Of a stretch of 64,000 nt of DNA, positions 46,635 through 57,259 are shown piece after piece. The translations under genes were made by a program, and so were the position numbers. The notes below the pieces were generated by a model. The model had not been told where the DNA came from. It searched no databases and worked only from the letters and a program-made list of their open reading frames with translations. Numbering within the stretch: the first letter of the stretch is position 1; each line of letters opens with the position of its first letter. This stretch comes from Armatimonadota bacterium (GTDB lineage Bacteria; Armatimonadota; SYMT01): NCBI GenBank assembly GCA_041690135.1, contig JAWLHY010000017.1:16544-80543 (forward strand). The letters run 5' to 3'.

Positions 46635-49559
46635 TCATCCTATCAAGCGCCCGGAGGCCGGGCAAGTTTCTCCAGTGATCGTGAGCCCAACCGGGGACAG
46701 GCCGGTCTGAAATACCTTTCCTTCCGGTTGCCAGAGGGGGAGCAGGTCGCAAAGCCGCCGTGCATCGTCGCCGGAGCGCGCGAGCAGGAGCAGAAAGCCC
46801 CCGCCGCCGGCCCCGGCCAGCTTCCAGCCCAGGCAGTAGGGCGCCGCCTTTCGCAGGATACCCTCGATTTCCCCGTGAGTTGCCGTCGGCTCGAGCAGAC
46901 ATTTCAATTCCCAGGATTCCCGGAGTCCGGCGCCCAGTCGTACAAAATCTCCCGCGCGGAGTGCCCCCGTCACTTCGTGGGCCAGGTCCTTCATCCGCCG
47001 CAACGCGGGACGAACATCCGGCTCCCGGGCCAGGTAGCGACTCACGACGCGTTGCAGCACGTTCCGGGCCAATCGCGGCACTCCCGTGTAAAAGAGGACC
47101 AGGCGTTCTTCCAGCTCCCGCTCTACCGACTGGGTACAGTCGACATGAGTCACCCGCGGCACCTGTGCGAGCCCGGGATCCGTCACCGTCAATTTGATCT
47201 TCGGCAGCATGCCGCCGATCTGGTCCTGCCAGCCGCCCCCGGTTGTCATCCGCTGCTCCAGGGCCAATACGGCCTGGAAGAGACTTTCCCAGGAAGTGAC
47301 CTGTCCGGAGAGATGCCGGAGCGAGGCGAGGACCACCGCGCCCAGGATGCTGCTGGTGCCTAATCCGCTTCCCTTGGGGACACCGGACGTCGTTTCGAGC
47401 CGGAGCCCACCGCCGGCCGCGAGGAGCCGGCGCGCCAGGTCGGCCCCATCCGTGCCGCCGATTCCGCATTCCAGGAGAGCGGCTTTGTGGATTGCAAACG
47501 GGTCTCCGGGGCGGCGACAGTCGCGAAGTTCCTCCGGAGCGACGATGCGGCACTCCAGTCCCAGATCGTGGGAGACGAGGTGAAGCACCGGTTCGGCCAA
47601 CACCTGGGAGGTTGCGCGCACGGGTAACCGGCCGTTGAGGTGGAGAGCCATGTTCAATACGGCTCCCCCCAACTCGCAGGCCTGGGGAGGGGTATCCGTC
47701 CATCCCCCCGCCAGGTCCACGCGAACCGGCGCCGTTACCGTCACTTGGTAGGAAGGCGGGGCCTGCCAGGAGATCTCAACTGGGGGCTCGGAGCGAGAGG
47801 TGATTCCCCGCCGGATCGCGGCGAAGGCACGTTGGTGGAACGGACCGACCGGTTCCTTCTCCTCCGCGAGCATGGCGCAGAGCCGGAAGATGCGCGCCGA
47901 GAGGAGCGGGTCCTTGTCGCGTGCCGCCCGGAGACGGAGTTCGTTTCGTAGGATTGCCCGGTGCTCCGGTGCTATCTCTGCCGCCAGCACCGCCGCGGAG
48001 AGCTCCGGGTCCTGGCGTAAGCTTGATGCGAGGGCTTCCGCTTGCAGGTGCCGGCGCAGTCGAGCTTCGTACTTCCACCAGTGGCTTGCATCGAAGCGCT
48101 CGTGAACCTCTGCGAGCGAAAGCAGCGGAGTCTCGTCCCAGCGTTTCCCTACCGCTTGCCGGCCCTGAAGCCAATCGAGGGCAAACGGCAGCAGGTGTGG
48201 AGTGACGGTGGGGAAGAGCCGCGCGTTCCAGAGCGTGCGGTCGTCCATCGGGAGATCCTCCGCCCAGAGCTCGGCCGTCGAAAGACCCCGACGCTGCGCC
48301 CACGAGACGAGCTCCTCTCCCATCAGCAGCGCGTCCGGTCCTCGCTTCGGGTCATCCCCGACCCCGAGGACCACCAGGGCACGACGGAAGGCGCCTTCAC
48401 CAAGTAGTGGAGACTGGTAGGCAAGGCGATGATCATCCACCACGGCCTGCCCGCAGCGGGTGTGGAACCCCAACACGTACGACCCGTTTCCCACCACCAA
48501 GGGCGACTCGACATGGCAGAAATGAACCACGGAACCAGCCCCCGCCATAAGGGCGCCGTCTTCCACGGCGGACTGAAGGAGGAGCGGCGCGGGAGGACCG
48601 TCCAGGTGTAGGATGCGCAGGAGCTCGGCGGTGGTGCCGAAGTGCAGGAACTCCCCATCCTCCGGACAGAGGACCTGGAGTGAGTGCCGTTTCAGCGCCT
48701 CCAGGCAGGGGTTTTCACGACGGGTTGTGTCGTCGTGTCCCGGTACAAGGGCCGGGAGGAGGTCGCCGTACAGGTCCAGGCCGCGCCAGCGTTCCGGACC
48801 GGCAAGAACGCGGTCCTGGAACGTGGCACCGTCCGCCTGGAGTGCCGTGGCCAGGAGGTCGGCCACGACCGGGGCGGAAACGTGGGCCACCCCGGTATCG
48901 AGCGGCGCACGGCTGCGGAAACCGAGGTCGCGAAGTTGCGCGACATGCGGCTTCTGCAGAGCCCTGGTCGCCTTGCCGGAAGCCAGGTCCCAGAGGTAGA
49001 CGCCGTGGCGCGACGCCTGCTCCAGCGGGGCCGGCCAGGCCCAGCCGACCGCATCACTCACCGGAAAGGGGGCGGATGACGAACCCCGGAAAAGGACATC
49101 GCCACAAGCCACGACCACCCCGGAGCGGGCGCCGGCACACAGTGCGGCCAGGCTGCGGACGACGGCGGCAAGCAAATACTCGTCACCGGATTCCTGACTG
49201 ATAGGGGCGAAGGCCTTGCCCAGCGAGGCAAACTGGGGCAGGCGCTGCGACAGGCCGCCGCAATGGACGAGCAGGATACGGAAACGATCGAGTTGTTCCG
49301 CCAGGGCTGAAGTGTCGGGTTCGCCTTCCGGTATACGGATCCCGAGTTGATCCAGCGCTGCTGAGAGCGCATAGATCGTGGAACCGCCGCTGCCGGGCGG
49401 CGAGCCGGGAGGATCGGCGACTACCAGGGTCTGCCGGGTCCACTCCCGGAGCGGCGACTGCGCGAGCCGTCGCTCGAACAACCATTGCTGCGCCGGATCG
49501 CGGGCTGTCAGGATCGTGAGATCGAACGGCGGCGGCGAGAGGGTAGAGGAAGTCATCAC
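46635..49559 (-). CDS. Bifunctional L-fucokinase / L-fucose-1-phosphate guanylyltransferase (Fkp-like)
   Basis: 974 aa. The C-terminal GHMP-kinase motif PKGSGLGTSSILGAVVLASL is as in fucokinases. The N-terminal ~450 aa form a nucleotidyltransferase-like region (LVHCGGLSQRLP). The size and architecture match Bacteroides Fkp (~950 aa). Assignment is from architecture and motifs. Confidence 0.6.
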   Translation of the reverse strand: MMTSSTLSPPPFDLTILTARDPAQQWLFERRLAQSPLREWTRQTLVVADPPGSPPGSGGSTIYALSAALDQLGIRIPEGEPDTSALAEQLDRFRILLVHCGGLSQRLPQFASLGKAFAPISQESGDEYLLAAVVRSLAALCAGARSGVVVACGDVLFRGSSSAPFPVSDAVGWAWPAPLEQASRHGVYLWDLASGKATRALQKPHVAQLRDLGFRSRAPLDTGVAHVSAPVVADLLATALQADGATFQDRVLAGPERWRGLDLYGDLLPALVPGHDDTTRRENPCLEALKRHSLQVLCPEDGEFLHFGTTAELLRILHLDGPPAPLLLQSAVEDGALMAGAGSVVHFCHVESPLVVGNGSYVLGFHTRCGQAVVDDHRLAYQSPLLGEGAFRRALVVLGVGDDPKRGPDALLMGEELVSWAQRRGLSTAELWAEDLPMDDRTLWNARLFPTVTPHLLPFALDWLQGRQAVGKRWDETPLLSLAEVHERFDASHWWKYEARLRRHLQAEALASSLRQDPELSAAVLAAEIAPEHRAILRNELRLRAARDKDPLLSARIFRLCAMLAEEKEPVGPFHQRAFAAIRRGITSRSEPPVEISWQAPPSYQVTVTAPVRVDLAGGWTDTPPQACELGGAVLNMALHLNGRLPVRATSQVLAEPVLHLVSHDLGLECRIVAPEELRDCRRPGDPFAIHKAALLECGIGGTDGADLARRLLAAGGGLRLETTSGVPKGSGLGTSSILGAVVLASLRHLSGQVTSWESLFQAVLALEQRMTTGGGWQDQIGGMLPKIKLTVTDPGLAQVPRVTHVDCTQSVERELEERLVLFYTGVPRLARNVLQRVVSRYLAREPDVRPALRRMKDLAHEVTGALRAGDFVRLGAGLRESWELKCLLEPTATHGEIEGILRKAAPYCLGWKLAGAGGGGFLLLLARSGDDARRLCDLLPLWQPEGKVFQTGLSPVGLTITGETCPASGRLIG

Positions 49560-50749
49560 CCGGCGACTCCGCGGGCGGCGAGTTCGCCGAGATAGAGGCG
49601 GCTGAGGTCTTCCACCAGGCGCTCTACGGAAAAGCGGGGATAAACGTGGTCCCGACCGGCGCGCGCCATTCGGTTGGCAGCTTCCCGGTCTTGCAATTGC
49701 TCCACCACCGCCCGCGCCAGTGAGCTCGCATCACCCGGAGATACGATCCGGCCCGTCTCGCCGTCCACGACGAGATCCCGCACCGACCCCACGTTGGTTG
49801 CCACGACCGGACGCCCGGCTGCCAGCGCCTCGATGAGGGTAACCGGTAAACCTTCGTTGATCGAGCTCAAGACCACTGCATCCAGGTCAGCGTAGATCGC
49901 GGGCAGGTCACGGCGAAACCCCAGGAACCGCACCTTGCGGAGCCCCCGGGTGGCGGCCTGTTGTTCCAGTTCGGCCCGCAGTTCGCCGTCTCCTACGATC
50001 AGGAACTCTGTTTCGGGCAGGGCGTGAGCGACCTTCGCGGCAGCCTCCAGGAAGAGCGCGTGCGCCTTGACCGGCACCAGGCGGGCCACGATGCCGACGA
50101 GAGGAGTCTCTGCATCGATAGCCAATTCGGAGCGGAGACGGCCGCGGTAAACCTCTGCTTTTAGAAATGGCTCCAGCTCCAGTCCCAGGGGGACGCGCAC
50201 CATCTGTTCGGGACGGCCCACCCCGTAACCCAGGATCTCTTCTTCTTGCGCTTGCCCGAGGACGATGAGACGATCGGTAAGGCGCGCCAGGCCTCGTTCG
50301 ATCCCGATGATCATGCGGCTCGTTCGGGGTGAGAAGTACCCGTGGAAGACGTGCCCGTGGTAGGTGTGGATGACCACAGGCACGCGCGCCAGGTGGGCCG
50401 CCAACCGCCCCGCCATGCCCGCTTTGGCCAGGTGGGTGTGGACGATCTGTGGGCGAAACCGCCTGATCTCGCGGTACAGGTGCGCCACGGTGGCCAGATC
50501 GGATCGCAGGGAGATCTCGCGGCCCAGGCCCGGAACTCGGGCGAAGGGCACCGACCGCTCCCGCGCCAGGGGTTCCATGCTGCCTTCGTTCGCCCCCACG
50601 TTGCCCACCAGGAGGCGACACTCCCAATCGGGGGCACGCAGGCGCTCGGAAAGGTAGATCGCCTGATAGGAAGGGCCGCCGACATTGAGCCGGGTGATGA
50701 TGCGCAGCAGGCGTACCGGATCACCGGTATTCGGAGCCTTACCCATCAA
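49556..50749 (-). CDS. Glycosyltransferase family 4 (GT-B, group 1)
   Basis: N-terminal RIITRLNVGGPSYQ. A C-terminal E-x7-E-like region (EGLPVTLIEALAAGRPVV). Confidence 0.8.
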   Translation of the reverse strand: MMGKAPNTGDPVRLLRIITRLNVGGPSYQAIYLSERLRAPDWECRLLVGNVGANEGSMEPLARERSVPFARVPGLGREISLRSDLATVAHLYREIRRFRPQIVHTHLAKAGMAGRLAAHLARVPVVIHTYHGHVFHGYFSPRTSRMIIGIERGLARLTDRLIVLGQAQEEEILGYGVGRPEQMVRVPLGLELEPFLKAEVYRGRLRSELAIDAETPLVGIVARLVPVKAHALFLEAAAKVAHALPETEFLIVGDGELRAELEQQAATRGLRKVRFLGFRRDLPAIYADLDAVVLSSINEGLPVTLIEALAAGRPVVATNVGSVRDLVVDGETGRIVSPGDASSLARAVVEQLQDREAANRMARAGRDHVYPRFSVERLVEDLSRLYLGELAARGVAG

Positions 50750-51701
50750 GGCGTCCCGCGTAAAAGTACCGGTTGCCCCAGCTACCCGGCCGGAGGGAAG
50801 AGCAGGCCTGAGAAACCTTGCGCAGGGAATACAGGGCCACGGAACGGGGACGTTTCAGGTCGGCGGGGCGAAGGAATGCCGGAGCGGGCCAGGCCACCTC
50901 GCGGAGCAGGAATTCCTGTTCCTGGAGACCAAAGCGGCGGAACAGGGCCCGCTGACCGGTCGCAGTCGCTAGTGTGACGTGATAGGGGGCCATCTCGACC
51001 GGTTTGCGACCGGTGAGGCCGCGCATCAGCTTCAGTCCCAGGGTGAAGAGGCAATTGTTGGCTTCCAGCGGCCCCTGCGCCAGGAGCACTCCGCCGGGTC
51101 GCAACAATCGCGTGATCTCCGGTATCTGGCGGTCCATCACCGTCAGGTGTTCCAGGACGTCGCCGAGATGGAGGACGTTGGCAAGTGCCTGTCCGCCCCC
51201 GGGGAGGTGGGTTGTATCGGAGACGACCGTGGCTCCCGTCCGCGCTGCCACCTGCGTGGCGACCTCCGCGCTGAGCTCCACCCCCACCGCCTTCCAGCCA
51301 GCCTCCCGCGCGGCGGTCAGCAGCTCCCCCTGTCCGCAACCGTAGTCGAGGAATGTACCTCGCGGCAGCGTGCGCAGCCAGTGCAGGACTCGTGTGGGCT
51401 GCTTGGGGTCCGCGATCGCCGGGTCGTGGGCGAAGTTGGCGGCGTACTCGGGGCCGTACATCCGCTCCAGCAGCTCCGGGTTCGGCATGGGACTGCAATA
51501 AAGTGACGCGCAGTTCCGGCACTCGCGATATTCGAACTCCTGTCCGGCGTAGTGCACCGCGCCCATCCAGGAAGCCTGGCTCACCTCACAGGCGCAGAGA
51601 GGGCAGCGGGTCAGCACGCCGCGACCTCGGGAGTCGGAGCCGTAGGGGGACAAGACTCCACGACTTCCGTGTGCCACAACTCCAGCATGAGGAGGCTCCA
51701 C
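50739..51701 (-). CDS. Class I SAM-dependent methyltransferase with N-terminal Cys4 zinc-ribbon
   Basis: CPLCACEV...CRNCASLYC, then SAM motif I FLDYGCGQGELL. Confidence 0.7.
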   Translation of the reverse strand: MEPPHAGVVAHGSRGVLSPYGSDSRGRGVLTRCPLCACEVSQASWMGAVHYAGQEFEYRECRNCASLYCSPMPNPELLERMYGPEYAANFAHDPAIADPKQPTRVLHWLRTLPRGTFLDYGCGQGELLTAAREAGWKAVGVELSAEVATQVAARTGATVVSDTTHLPGGGQALANVLHLGDVLEHLTVMDRQIPEITRLLRPGGVLLAQGPLEANNCLFTLGLKLMRGLTGRKPVEMAPYHVTLATATGQRALFRRFGLQEQEFLLREVAWPAPAFLRPADLKRPRSVALYSLRKVSQACSSLRPGSWGNRYFYAGRLDG

Positions 51702-53569
51702 AACTTGAAGGTGTGATCGGCCTGGGAAGCCACGTGCTCATCTACCAGGCGCCGGACGACGTCGGGCCGGAAGTACCCGCGATCCAGGGCCTGTTGGGAG
51801 AACAGAGAGTCTTCCAGAAACTCCCGGAGCGGTCCCCGGAACCAATCTCCTACGGGCACACCGAACCCCATCTTTCCGCGCCGGGCATTCTCCCCAGGGA
51901 GCAGGTCCGAGAACGCCCGCTTCAGGAGATATTTGCTGGTGCGCCCCCGCAGCTTGTACTCCACCGGTAGCCGGGCCGCAAACTCCATGACCTCGTGGTC
52001 CAGGAACGGAGAGCGGGCTTCCAGGCTCGTGGCCATCGTGGCGATATCCACCTTCACCAGCAGGTCGTAGGGCAAGTAGCTCTGCACGTCCGCCGACATC
52101 GTCGCATCGACCACCTCCCTCGCGCCGGCAATCTCGAACAGTTGCCGCATCCAGCGCTGCGGCTCACCTTCGGGATCCTCCGAGCTTTTCGGGGGAAGCT
52201 GCGACAGAAGCTCGGGGCCATAGAGCGCGGCCTTCTCTTCCGGGTGGAAGTAGCTGACCCAGCGGCCGTAGCGATCGGCCAGGGGACGGTGGGCGACCGC
52301 CAGGAACCGGTGCAGGCGCCGGAGGTGGTTCTTGGGATCGATCGAGTCGGGCACTAGGCGCGTGAGACCGCCTGCCAGGGCGCGGAAGCCGGGGGTGCGG
52401 CGAAGGCGCTCCGCCATTTGCGCCGCCAGGTACCGCTCGTAACCGGCGAAGCTCTCATCGCCGCCGTCTCCGTTGAGCGCGACCGTGACGTTCCGGCGCG
52501 TCATCTGCGCGACGTAGAAGGTGGGGATGGCGGACGAGTCGGCATAGGGCTCTCCGTAGTGGCGCACGAGCATTGGTAGGACGGACAGCGCGTCCGGCCG
52601 GACCACGTGCTCCTGGTGCTCCGTCCCCCAGCGTTCGGCGACCCGGCGAGCGTGCTCCAGCTCATTGTACGCGGCTTCGGCAAAACCGATGGAAAAGGTC
52701 CGGACTGGCCGGCCCGAGACCTGGGCCATCAGGCCGACGACGATGCTGGAGTCGATCCCTCCCGAGAGGAAAGCCCCCAGAGGCACGTCGCTGATCATGC
52801 GCAAACGCACCGCTTCCGTGAGCTTCTCGCGCAAGCCCTCGCAGGCTTCCGCTTCCGAGATCCGGAGCTTGGGCTGGTAATCCAGCGACCAGTACTGCTC
52901 GGTCCGGACGCGGAGCCCTTCGGGGATGACGTCCAGCGTCAACCAGTGGCCGGGGAGTAGCTTCGCGATTCCGGTAAACCCGGTTGCGGGACCGGGGATA
53001 TAGCCCCAGGAGAGGTAAGCGTCCATTGACGCCCGGTCGATCTCCCGCGGGATCTCCGGGTCCGCCAGAAGCCCCTGCAACTCCGAGGCAAAGGCGAAGC
53101 GGTCGCCACCGTGAGCCTGCCGCCAGTAGAACAGCGGCTTTTTGCCGACGCGGTCGCGGGCCAGGAAGAGCCGCTTCCGGTTCTGGTCCCAGATGCCGAA
53201 GGCGAACATCCCGCGAAACCGCCGCACGCATTCGGTTCCCCACTGTTCGTAAGCGTGGACCAGGACCTCCGTATCCGTGCGCGTGTGGAACCGGTGACCC
53301 AGGCCCTCCAGCTCGGCGCGCAGGGAGGCGAAGTTATACACCTCGCCGTTGAAGGTGATCCAGACGGTGCCGTCTTCGTTGGACAGCGGCTGCCGGCCCG
53401 CTTCCGACAGGTCGATGATGGAGAGACGGCGATGGCCGAGAGCGCACCAGTCGTCCGACCAGATCCCGGATGCGTCGGGACCGCGGTGCCGCTGGGCATC
53501 CAGCATCCGGCGAACGGCGAGGTCCCGGTTTTCCCTTTCCGAGCTGATTTTTCCACCGATGCCACACAT
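51611..53569 (-). CDS. asnB: Asparagine synthetase B-type glutamine amidotransferase (AsnB/WbpS-like)
   Basis: MCGIGG N-terminus (Cys2 nucleophile); the start was chosen there although the ORF is open to 53758. PP-loop SGGIDSS. 653 aa. Confidence 0.85.
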   Translation of the reverse strand: MCGIGGKISSERENRDLAVRRMLDAQRHRGPDASGIWSDDWCALGHRRLSIIDLSEAGRQPLSNEDGTVWITFNGEVYNFASLRAELEGLGHRFHTRTDTEVLVHAYEQWGTECVRRFRGMFAFGIWDQNRKRLFLARDRVGKKPLFYWRQAHGGDRFAFASELQGLLADPEIPREIDRASMDAYLSWGYIPGPATGFTGIAKLLPGHWLTLDVIPEGLRVRTEQYWSLDYQPKLRISEAEACEGLREKLTEAVRLRMISDVPLGAFLSGGIDSSIVVGLMAQVSGRPVRTFSIGFAEAAYNELEHARRVAERWGTEHQEHVVRPDALSVLPMLVRHYGEPYADSSAIPTFYVAQMTRRNVTVALNGDGGDESFAGYERYLAAQMAERLRRTPGFRALAGGLTRLVPDSIDPKNHLRRLHRFLAVAHRPLADRYGRWVSYFHPEEKAALYGPELLSQLPPKSSEDPEGEPQRWMRQLFEIAGAREVVDATMSADVQSYLPYDLLVKVDIATMATSLEARSPFLDHEVMEFAARLPVEYKLRGRTSKYLLKRAFSDLLPGENARRGKMGFGVPVGDWFRGPLREFLEDSLFSQQALDRGYFRPDVVRRLVDEHVASQADHTFKLWSLLMLELWHTEVVESCPPTAPTPEVAAC

Positions 53570-53827
53570 AGAGAGTGCTACGCTGCTTTCGCCGGCATTC
53601 AGTCCGGCCGGGGATACAAAAAGGGGCGCTCGAAAGGCCGAAAGAAGACGCAGGCCAGAGGGATGCAGAGAGGCGCCAGAATCCCTACGGAAAGCGCGAC
53701 CCTGGCGTCCGCCGCCACCCCGAGAAACTTTCCCACCGGCCCGACCAGGTGGAGCCACAGAAGGCGGCAGAGCCAGTCCTGGGGATCGACGGTGCGGTGC
53801 ACGTATGCGAGGCGCATGGCGAACGCT

Positions 53828-54742
53828 TCACTCCGCCATAGTACCGCCGTTCCCGCTTCCGGTTACGGTTGATGGTGGCGCCGGATACTCCTCGTCCGGA
53901 AGGTCCGGACGAGTCTTGCCAAAGATGAGCGCATAGTCTCGCTCCTCCAGGGGGCGGCGGACCTTCGCGGGAACTCCCGCAATCAGGCTGTAGGGTTCCT
54001 GGAACGGCCGGGTAATAACGGAAGCCAACCCCACGACGCAGCAGTCCGGGATGGTTGCCCCCGGTGCGAACCGCAGCTCCGACCCCAGGTAGCAGTAATT
54101 CCCAATGCGTACCGGTTGCCCCGTGCGGATGTTGTGGGTCCAGATCGAACTGTTGCGGCCGCCCAGGATGGAACAGCGACCGATCTCCACCCGGTCGGTG
54201 AAGTCGATGCGGTGCTCCGCGGTGATGACCGAGCCGTACCCCAGGATAAAGGTCGAGTCGGGATCGTTCGTGCAGTCGTGGTCGCGGATCGCGTTGATGA
54301 AGCAAAGCCGCCGTACGTGGGAGTAGTCGCCCAGCTCGATTCGCTGTCCACCGCTGAAGAGGTTGAGCGAGCCAAGATGGACGTGCTGCCCGAGGGTGAC
54401 CTGGCCGCACCCCAGGAACACGACGCCGTGAGAAATACGGCTCTCCGCACCGACGGTCAGGCTCTCGCAGTCCAGGTAGGCGAGACCGACCTGCGCCCGG
54501 GGGCTGATCCGGTAGCCGAAGCAGGCTCGATACACCCAGCGTTTCAGTGGCGGCGGAAGCACCGCCGTCGCCACGAGGCCGAGTTGTCGCAGCCGCGTCC
54601 GGATCCGGCGAAGCCGGCCGCGTCTCTCGCGGGGCGTCGCTGCGGAAGTCACCCGTGGAAGCGTGCCGGCCCCACCCGTCACGGTAGGAGCCTCAGGCAT
54701 TTCGGAGCGTTTGATGACAGTCGGACCGCGTTCTTCACCCAT
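53828..54742 (-). CDS. Hexapeptide-repeat (left-handed beta-helix) acetyltransferase
   Basis: Repeated [LIV]G-x-x-x-x hexapeptides ([35 protein letters not shown]). Confidence 0.65.
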   Translation of the reverse strand: MGEERGPTVIKRSEMPEAPTVTGGAGTLPRVTSAATPRERRGRLRRIRTRLRQLGLVATAVLPPPLKRWVYRACFGYRISPRAQVGLAYLDCESLTVGAESRISHGVVFLGCGQVTLGQHVHLGSLNLFSGGQRIELGDYSHVRRLCFINAIRDHDCTNDPDSTFILGYGSVITAEHRIDFTDRVEIGRCSILGGRNSSIWTHNIRTGQPVRIGNYCYLGSELRFAPGATIPDCCVVGLASVITRPFQEPYSLIAGVPAKVRRPLEERDYALIFGKTRPDLPDEEYPAPPSTVTGSGNGGTMAE

Positions 54743-55934
54743 CTCCCGGGCTCCCCGCCTGGTTTCCCGACGCGTTCCACCCCAGGGGCCCTCCGCTGGT
54801 GAGCGGCCGGCCGGCAGGGACCGGCGCTACCCGCACGGGCTCTCCCGTCGCGACCCCCTCGAGGACGGAGGTGAGACGCGGCGCGTGTGCCTGAAGTGAG
54901 TAGCGGTCGCGTACGGACGCCTGTCCGGCCTGGGAGCAGCGCCGGCGGAGTGCGGCGTCATCAAGAAGTGCTTCCAGGCTTTCCACCCACTCTCGTGGGT
55001 TTGCGGCCAGGAGCCCATTCTCGCCGTGAGAGATCACCTCGGTCGTCATTCCCACGGGGGAAGCGACGCAAGGCACGCCGGCCGCCTGATACTGGATGGC
55101 CTTGAACGCGCATTTCCCCCGGCTCCAGTCATCCTCCACGATCGGATAGACCCCCAGGTCGAGGCTGCGGAAGTCGCGGACCTCCGTCTCCAATCGCCAC
55201 GTTCGATTGTCCACCGTCACTCCGGGTATCTCTACCGGCGATCCCGCGCCGATTACGCGGAAGAGGAACTCGCGCCGCCGCGCCAATTCCTGGAGCGGCT
55301 CCGAAAGCAGGCGGAGATATTGCGCCGTGGAATGGCTACCGATCCAACCGATGACCGGTCGGCCCGCCGGGTCGGGCTCCGGCCGGGTCTGCGCAAACAA
55401 ATCGGTATCCACCACCGTGGGCAACACGGTCACGCGGGGGTGGTAACGCCGCGCATACTCGGCCAGGTAGTCGTTCCCCGCCAGCACGTGCGCGCTCTCG
55501 GCGACGATGCGTGCGGTCTTCCCGGGGCACTTCAGCCAGGACGCCAGCCTTCCGTAAGTCGGACTACTGTAGGCGACGAACACGGCGTCGTCAAAGTCGA
55601 AAACCAGCGGCCGGCGGAGCACCTTCGCGAGAAACTGCTCTATCAGGGGCGGGCCGAACAACATCGCCTCGCGGGTTACGCACACGACGTCGAACCGGCG
55701 CGAGCGGTGCAGATCGCGGCAGCGGCGCAGGGCGGCTAGCGCCAGCGCCCAGGCCTTCCAGCCGGTTCGTCCGGGGGTGTAGAGCGACCCGAACACGGAC
55801 TCGGTCAGGAAGGGCCGAAGTTCTACGTCGAAACCGTGCTCGCGGAGGTATGGGAAGTACTGGAGCACCCGGTAGCGCGTGCTTGCCGCACTGGCCGGTT
55901 GGCAGGAGAGGAACAGTACCCGAGGGCGAGTCAC
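54735..55934 (-). CDS. Glycosyltransferase group 1 (GT-B)
   Basis: Start taken as GTG at 55934 ([10 protein letters not shown]...), which overlaps the upstream stop by 4 nt. C-terminal GT1 motif [22 protein letters not shown]. The ORF-track 5' extension to 56378 is read-through in a frame that overlaps the upstream gene. Confidence 0.7.
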   Translation of the reverse strand: MTRPRVLFLSCQPASAASTRYRVLQYFPYLREHGFDVELRPFLTESVFGSLYTPGRTGWKAWALALAALRRCRDLHRSRRFDVVCVTREAMLFGPPLIEQFLAKVLRRPLVFDFDDAVFVAYSSPTYGRLASWLKCPGKTARIVAESAHVLAGNDYLAEYARRYHPRVTVLPTVVDTDLFAQTRPEPDPAGRPVIGWIGSHSTAQYLRLLSEPLQELARRREFLFRVIGAGSPVEIPGVTVDNRTWRLETEVRDFRSLDLGVYPIVEDDWSRGKCAFKAIQYQAAGVPCVASPVGMTTEVISHGENGLLAANPREWVESLEALLDDAALRRRCSQAGQASVRDRYSLQAHAPRLTSVLEGVATGEPVRVAPVPAGRPLTSGGPLGWNASGNQAGSPGDG

Positions 55935-57259
55935 TGGACCACTCCCACTTGTGACTGCCGGGTCGCCTCTAACTGCCGTTTCATCTGAAGCCTGGCCAGG
56001 GCGGCCCGCTCGAGCCCGACGGCCGCGAAGATGAAGAGCCACGGCAGCAACTGGGCGCGCTGGCGGAACACCAGGCCCACGTTCCCGAACATCAGCGAAT
56101 AGAGCAACCCGAACCCGAGGATGAACAGCAGCAGCACGAGCACGTCCTGCGTCCGGTGCCGCAGGCAGTATCGCAGTCCGGGGATGAGGCCCGCCGCCAC
56201 CAGCCACCACCAGTACAACAACTCCGGAAGCGACAGCAACATTCGCAGGCTGGCTCCTCCCAACTGCCAGGGGAACGGCGCGAGCAGCAGGTGCACGGCG
56301 CCGACGCTCGTTCCCAGGGCAAAGCCGGTGGGCGTCCGCACGTCGTAGCCCGTCTCGACCCCACTGCGCGCACCCCACTTGGCCCCACCCGTGGAGACAT
56401 CACGCCGGAAGTTCTGCACGCGATCGAGACTGAACGTCTCCAACTCCTGCTCGCGCCGGGCAAAGGAACTGCTCGTGACGAAGAGCACTCCCAGGAGAAC
56501 GGCGAACAGCAGTCCCGGTCGCGCGCGCTGGGGACGCAGAATCTCGGGAGCCACAAGCGCCGTAGCTACGGCCAGTCCCACGATCCACGCGGCATAGAAG
56601 CGGAAGGGAATGAGCAGGACCACCGTCACCACGCAGAGCACGAGGTGAGGAATGGATAGCCCGTGTTTCCGGAGGCGCACGCAGCCGTAGAGCGCCAGGG
56701 TCTCCAGGAAGATGATGACCGGCTCCTTCACCGTCAACGCCGACCAGATCAGCATGGAGGGGAAGAGCGTGGTCCACCAACCGACCCAGTACGCTACCCA
56801 AGATGAGAACAGCGAACGGGCGATTCGGTAAGCGAAGACCACGGTAAGGGCGCCGAAGAACCCGTTGAGCGCCGCCGCAACCAGGCGGAACGGCAGATTG
56901 GTGATGAAGAAGCAGGCGCCCAGGAGGTAGCTGTACCCCTTGTGGTGACCGTCGAACGCTCCGGCCAGGGCGAACGGGAGTTGGAAAAGCGAGAGCCCCT
57001 GGCGCTCCCAGGTGGACTTCATGCCCACGCCGGTCCACCACCCGCTCGCATCCTCGTCCCCAAAGACGTTGATGCCGCCGAACTGATAGATCCCGACCGA
57101 AAGCACGTACCGCAGCAGGTAAGCGGCCACGAAGAGGCGCACCTGGAACTGCACGTCGGCCCGTTCGCCGCGCGTGTTCGACGTGATGACGAACCCCAGC
57201 CCCATGAGGAGGCAGAAGACCAGAGTTCCTTCGAAGAGTCCGGGGTTTTCGTAGACCAT
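55931..57259 (-). CDS. Polytopic membrane protein, putative oligosaccharide repeat-unit polymerase/flippase
   Basis: 442 aa with ~10 predicted TM helices. It has no soluble domains, and its position in the glycan cluster suggests the role. The family was not resolved. Confidence 0.45.
   Translation of the reverse strand: MVYENPGLFEGTLVFCLLMGLGFVITSNTRGERADVQFQVRLFVAAYLLRYVLSVGIYQFGGINVFGDEDASGWWTGVGMKSTWERQGLSLFQLPFALAGAFDGHHKGYSYLLGACFFITNLPFRLVAAALNGFFGALTVVFAYRIARSLFSSWVAYWVGWWTTLFPSMLIWSALTVKEPVIIFLETLALYGCVRLRKHGLSIPHLVLCVVTVVLLIPFRFYAAWIVGLAVATALVAPEILRPQRARPGLLFAVLLGVLFVTSSSFARREQELETFSLDRVQNFRRDVSTGGAKWGARSGVETGYDVRTPTGFALGTSVGAVHLLLAPFPWQLGGASLRMLLSLPELLYWWWLVAAGLIPGLRYCLRHRTQDVLVLLLFILGFGLLYSLMFGNVGLVFRQRAQLLPWLFIFAAVGLERAALARLQMKRQLEATRQSQVGVVQ

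Noticed and set aside
46537-47703. ORF 46537..47703 - (388 aa) and 46341..47363 + overlapping the 5' part of the Fkp gene
   Set aside because: They are alternative frames of the 974-aa GHMP-kinase-containing ORF and their products are Arg/Gly/Pro-rich.
53570-53758. Upstream extension of AsnB ORF (MAPPGRAGG...)
   Set aside because: AsnB-type amidotransferases start Met-Cys (the Cys is the nucleophile after Met removal). MCGIGG at 53569 is therefore the start.
55935-56378. 5' extension of GT gene 54735..56378 overlapping the polymerase-like gene
   Set aside because: The extension is a different-frame read through the upstream membrane-protein gene. The GTG start at 55934 gives a 400-aa GT1 of normal length with an overlap of only 4 nt.
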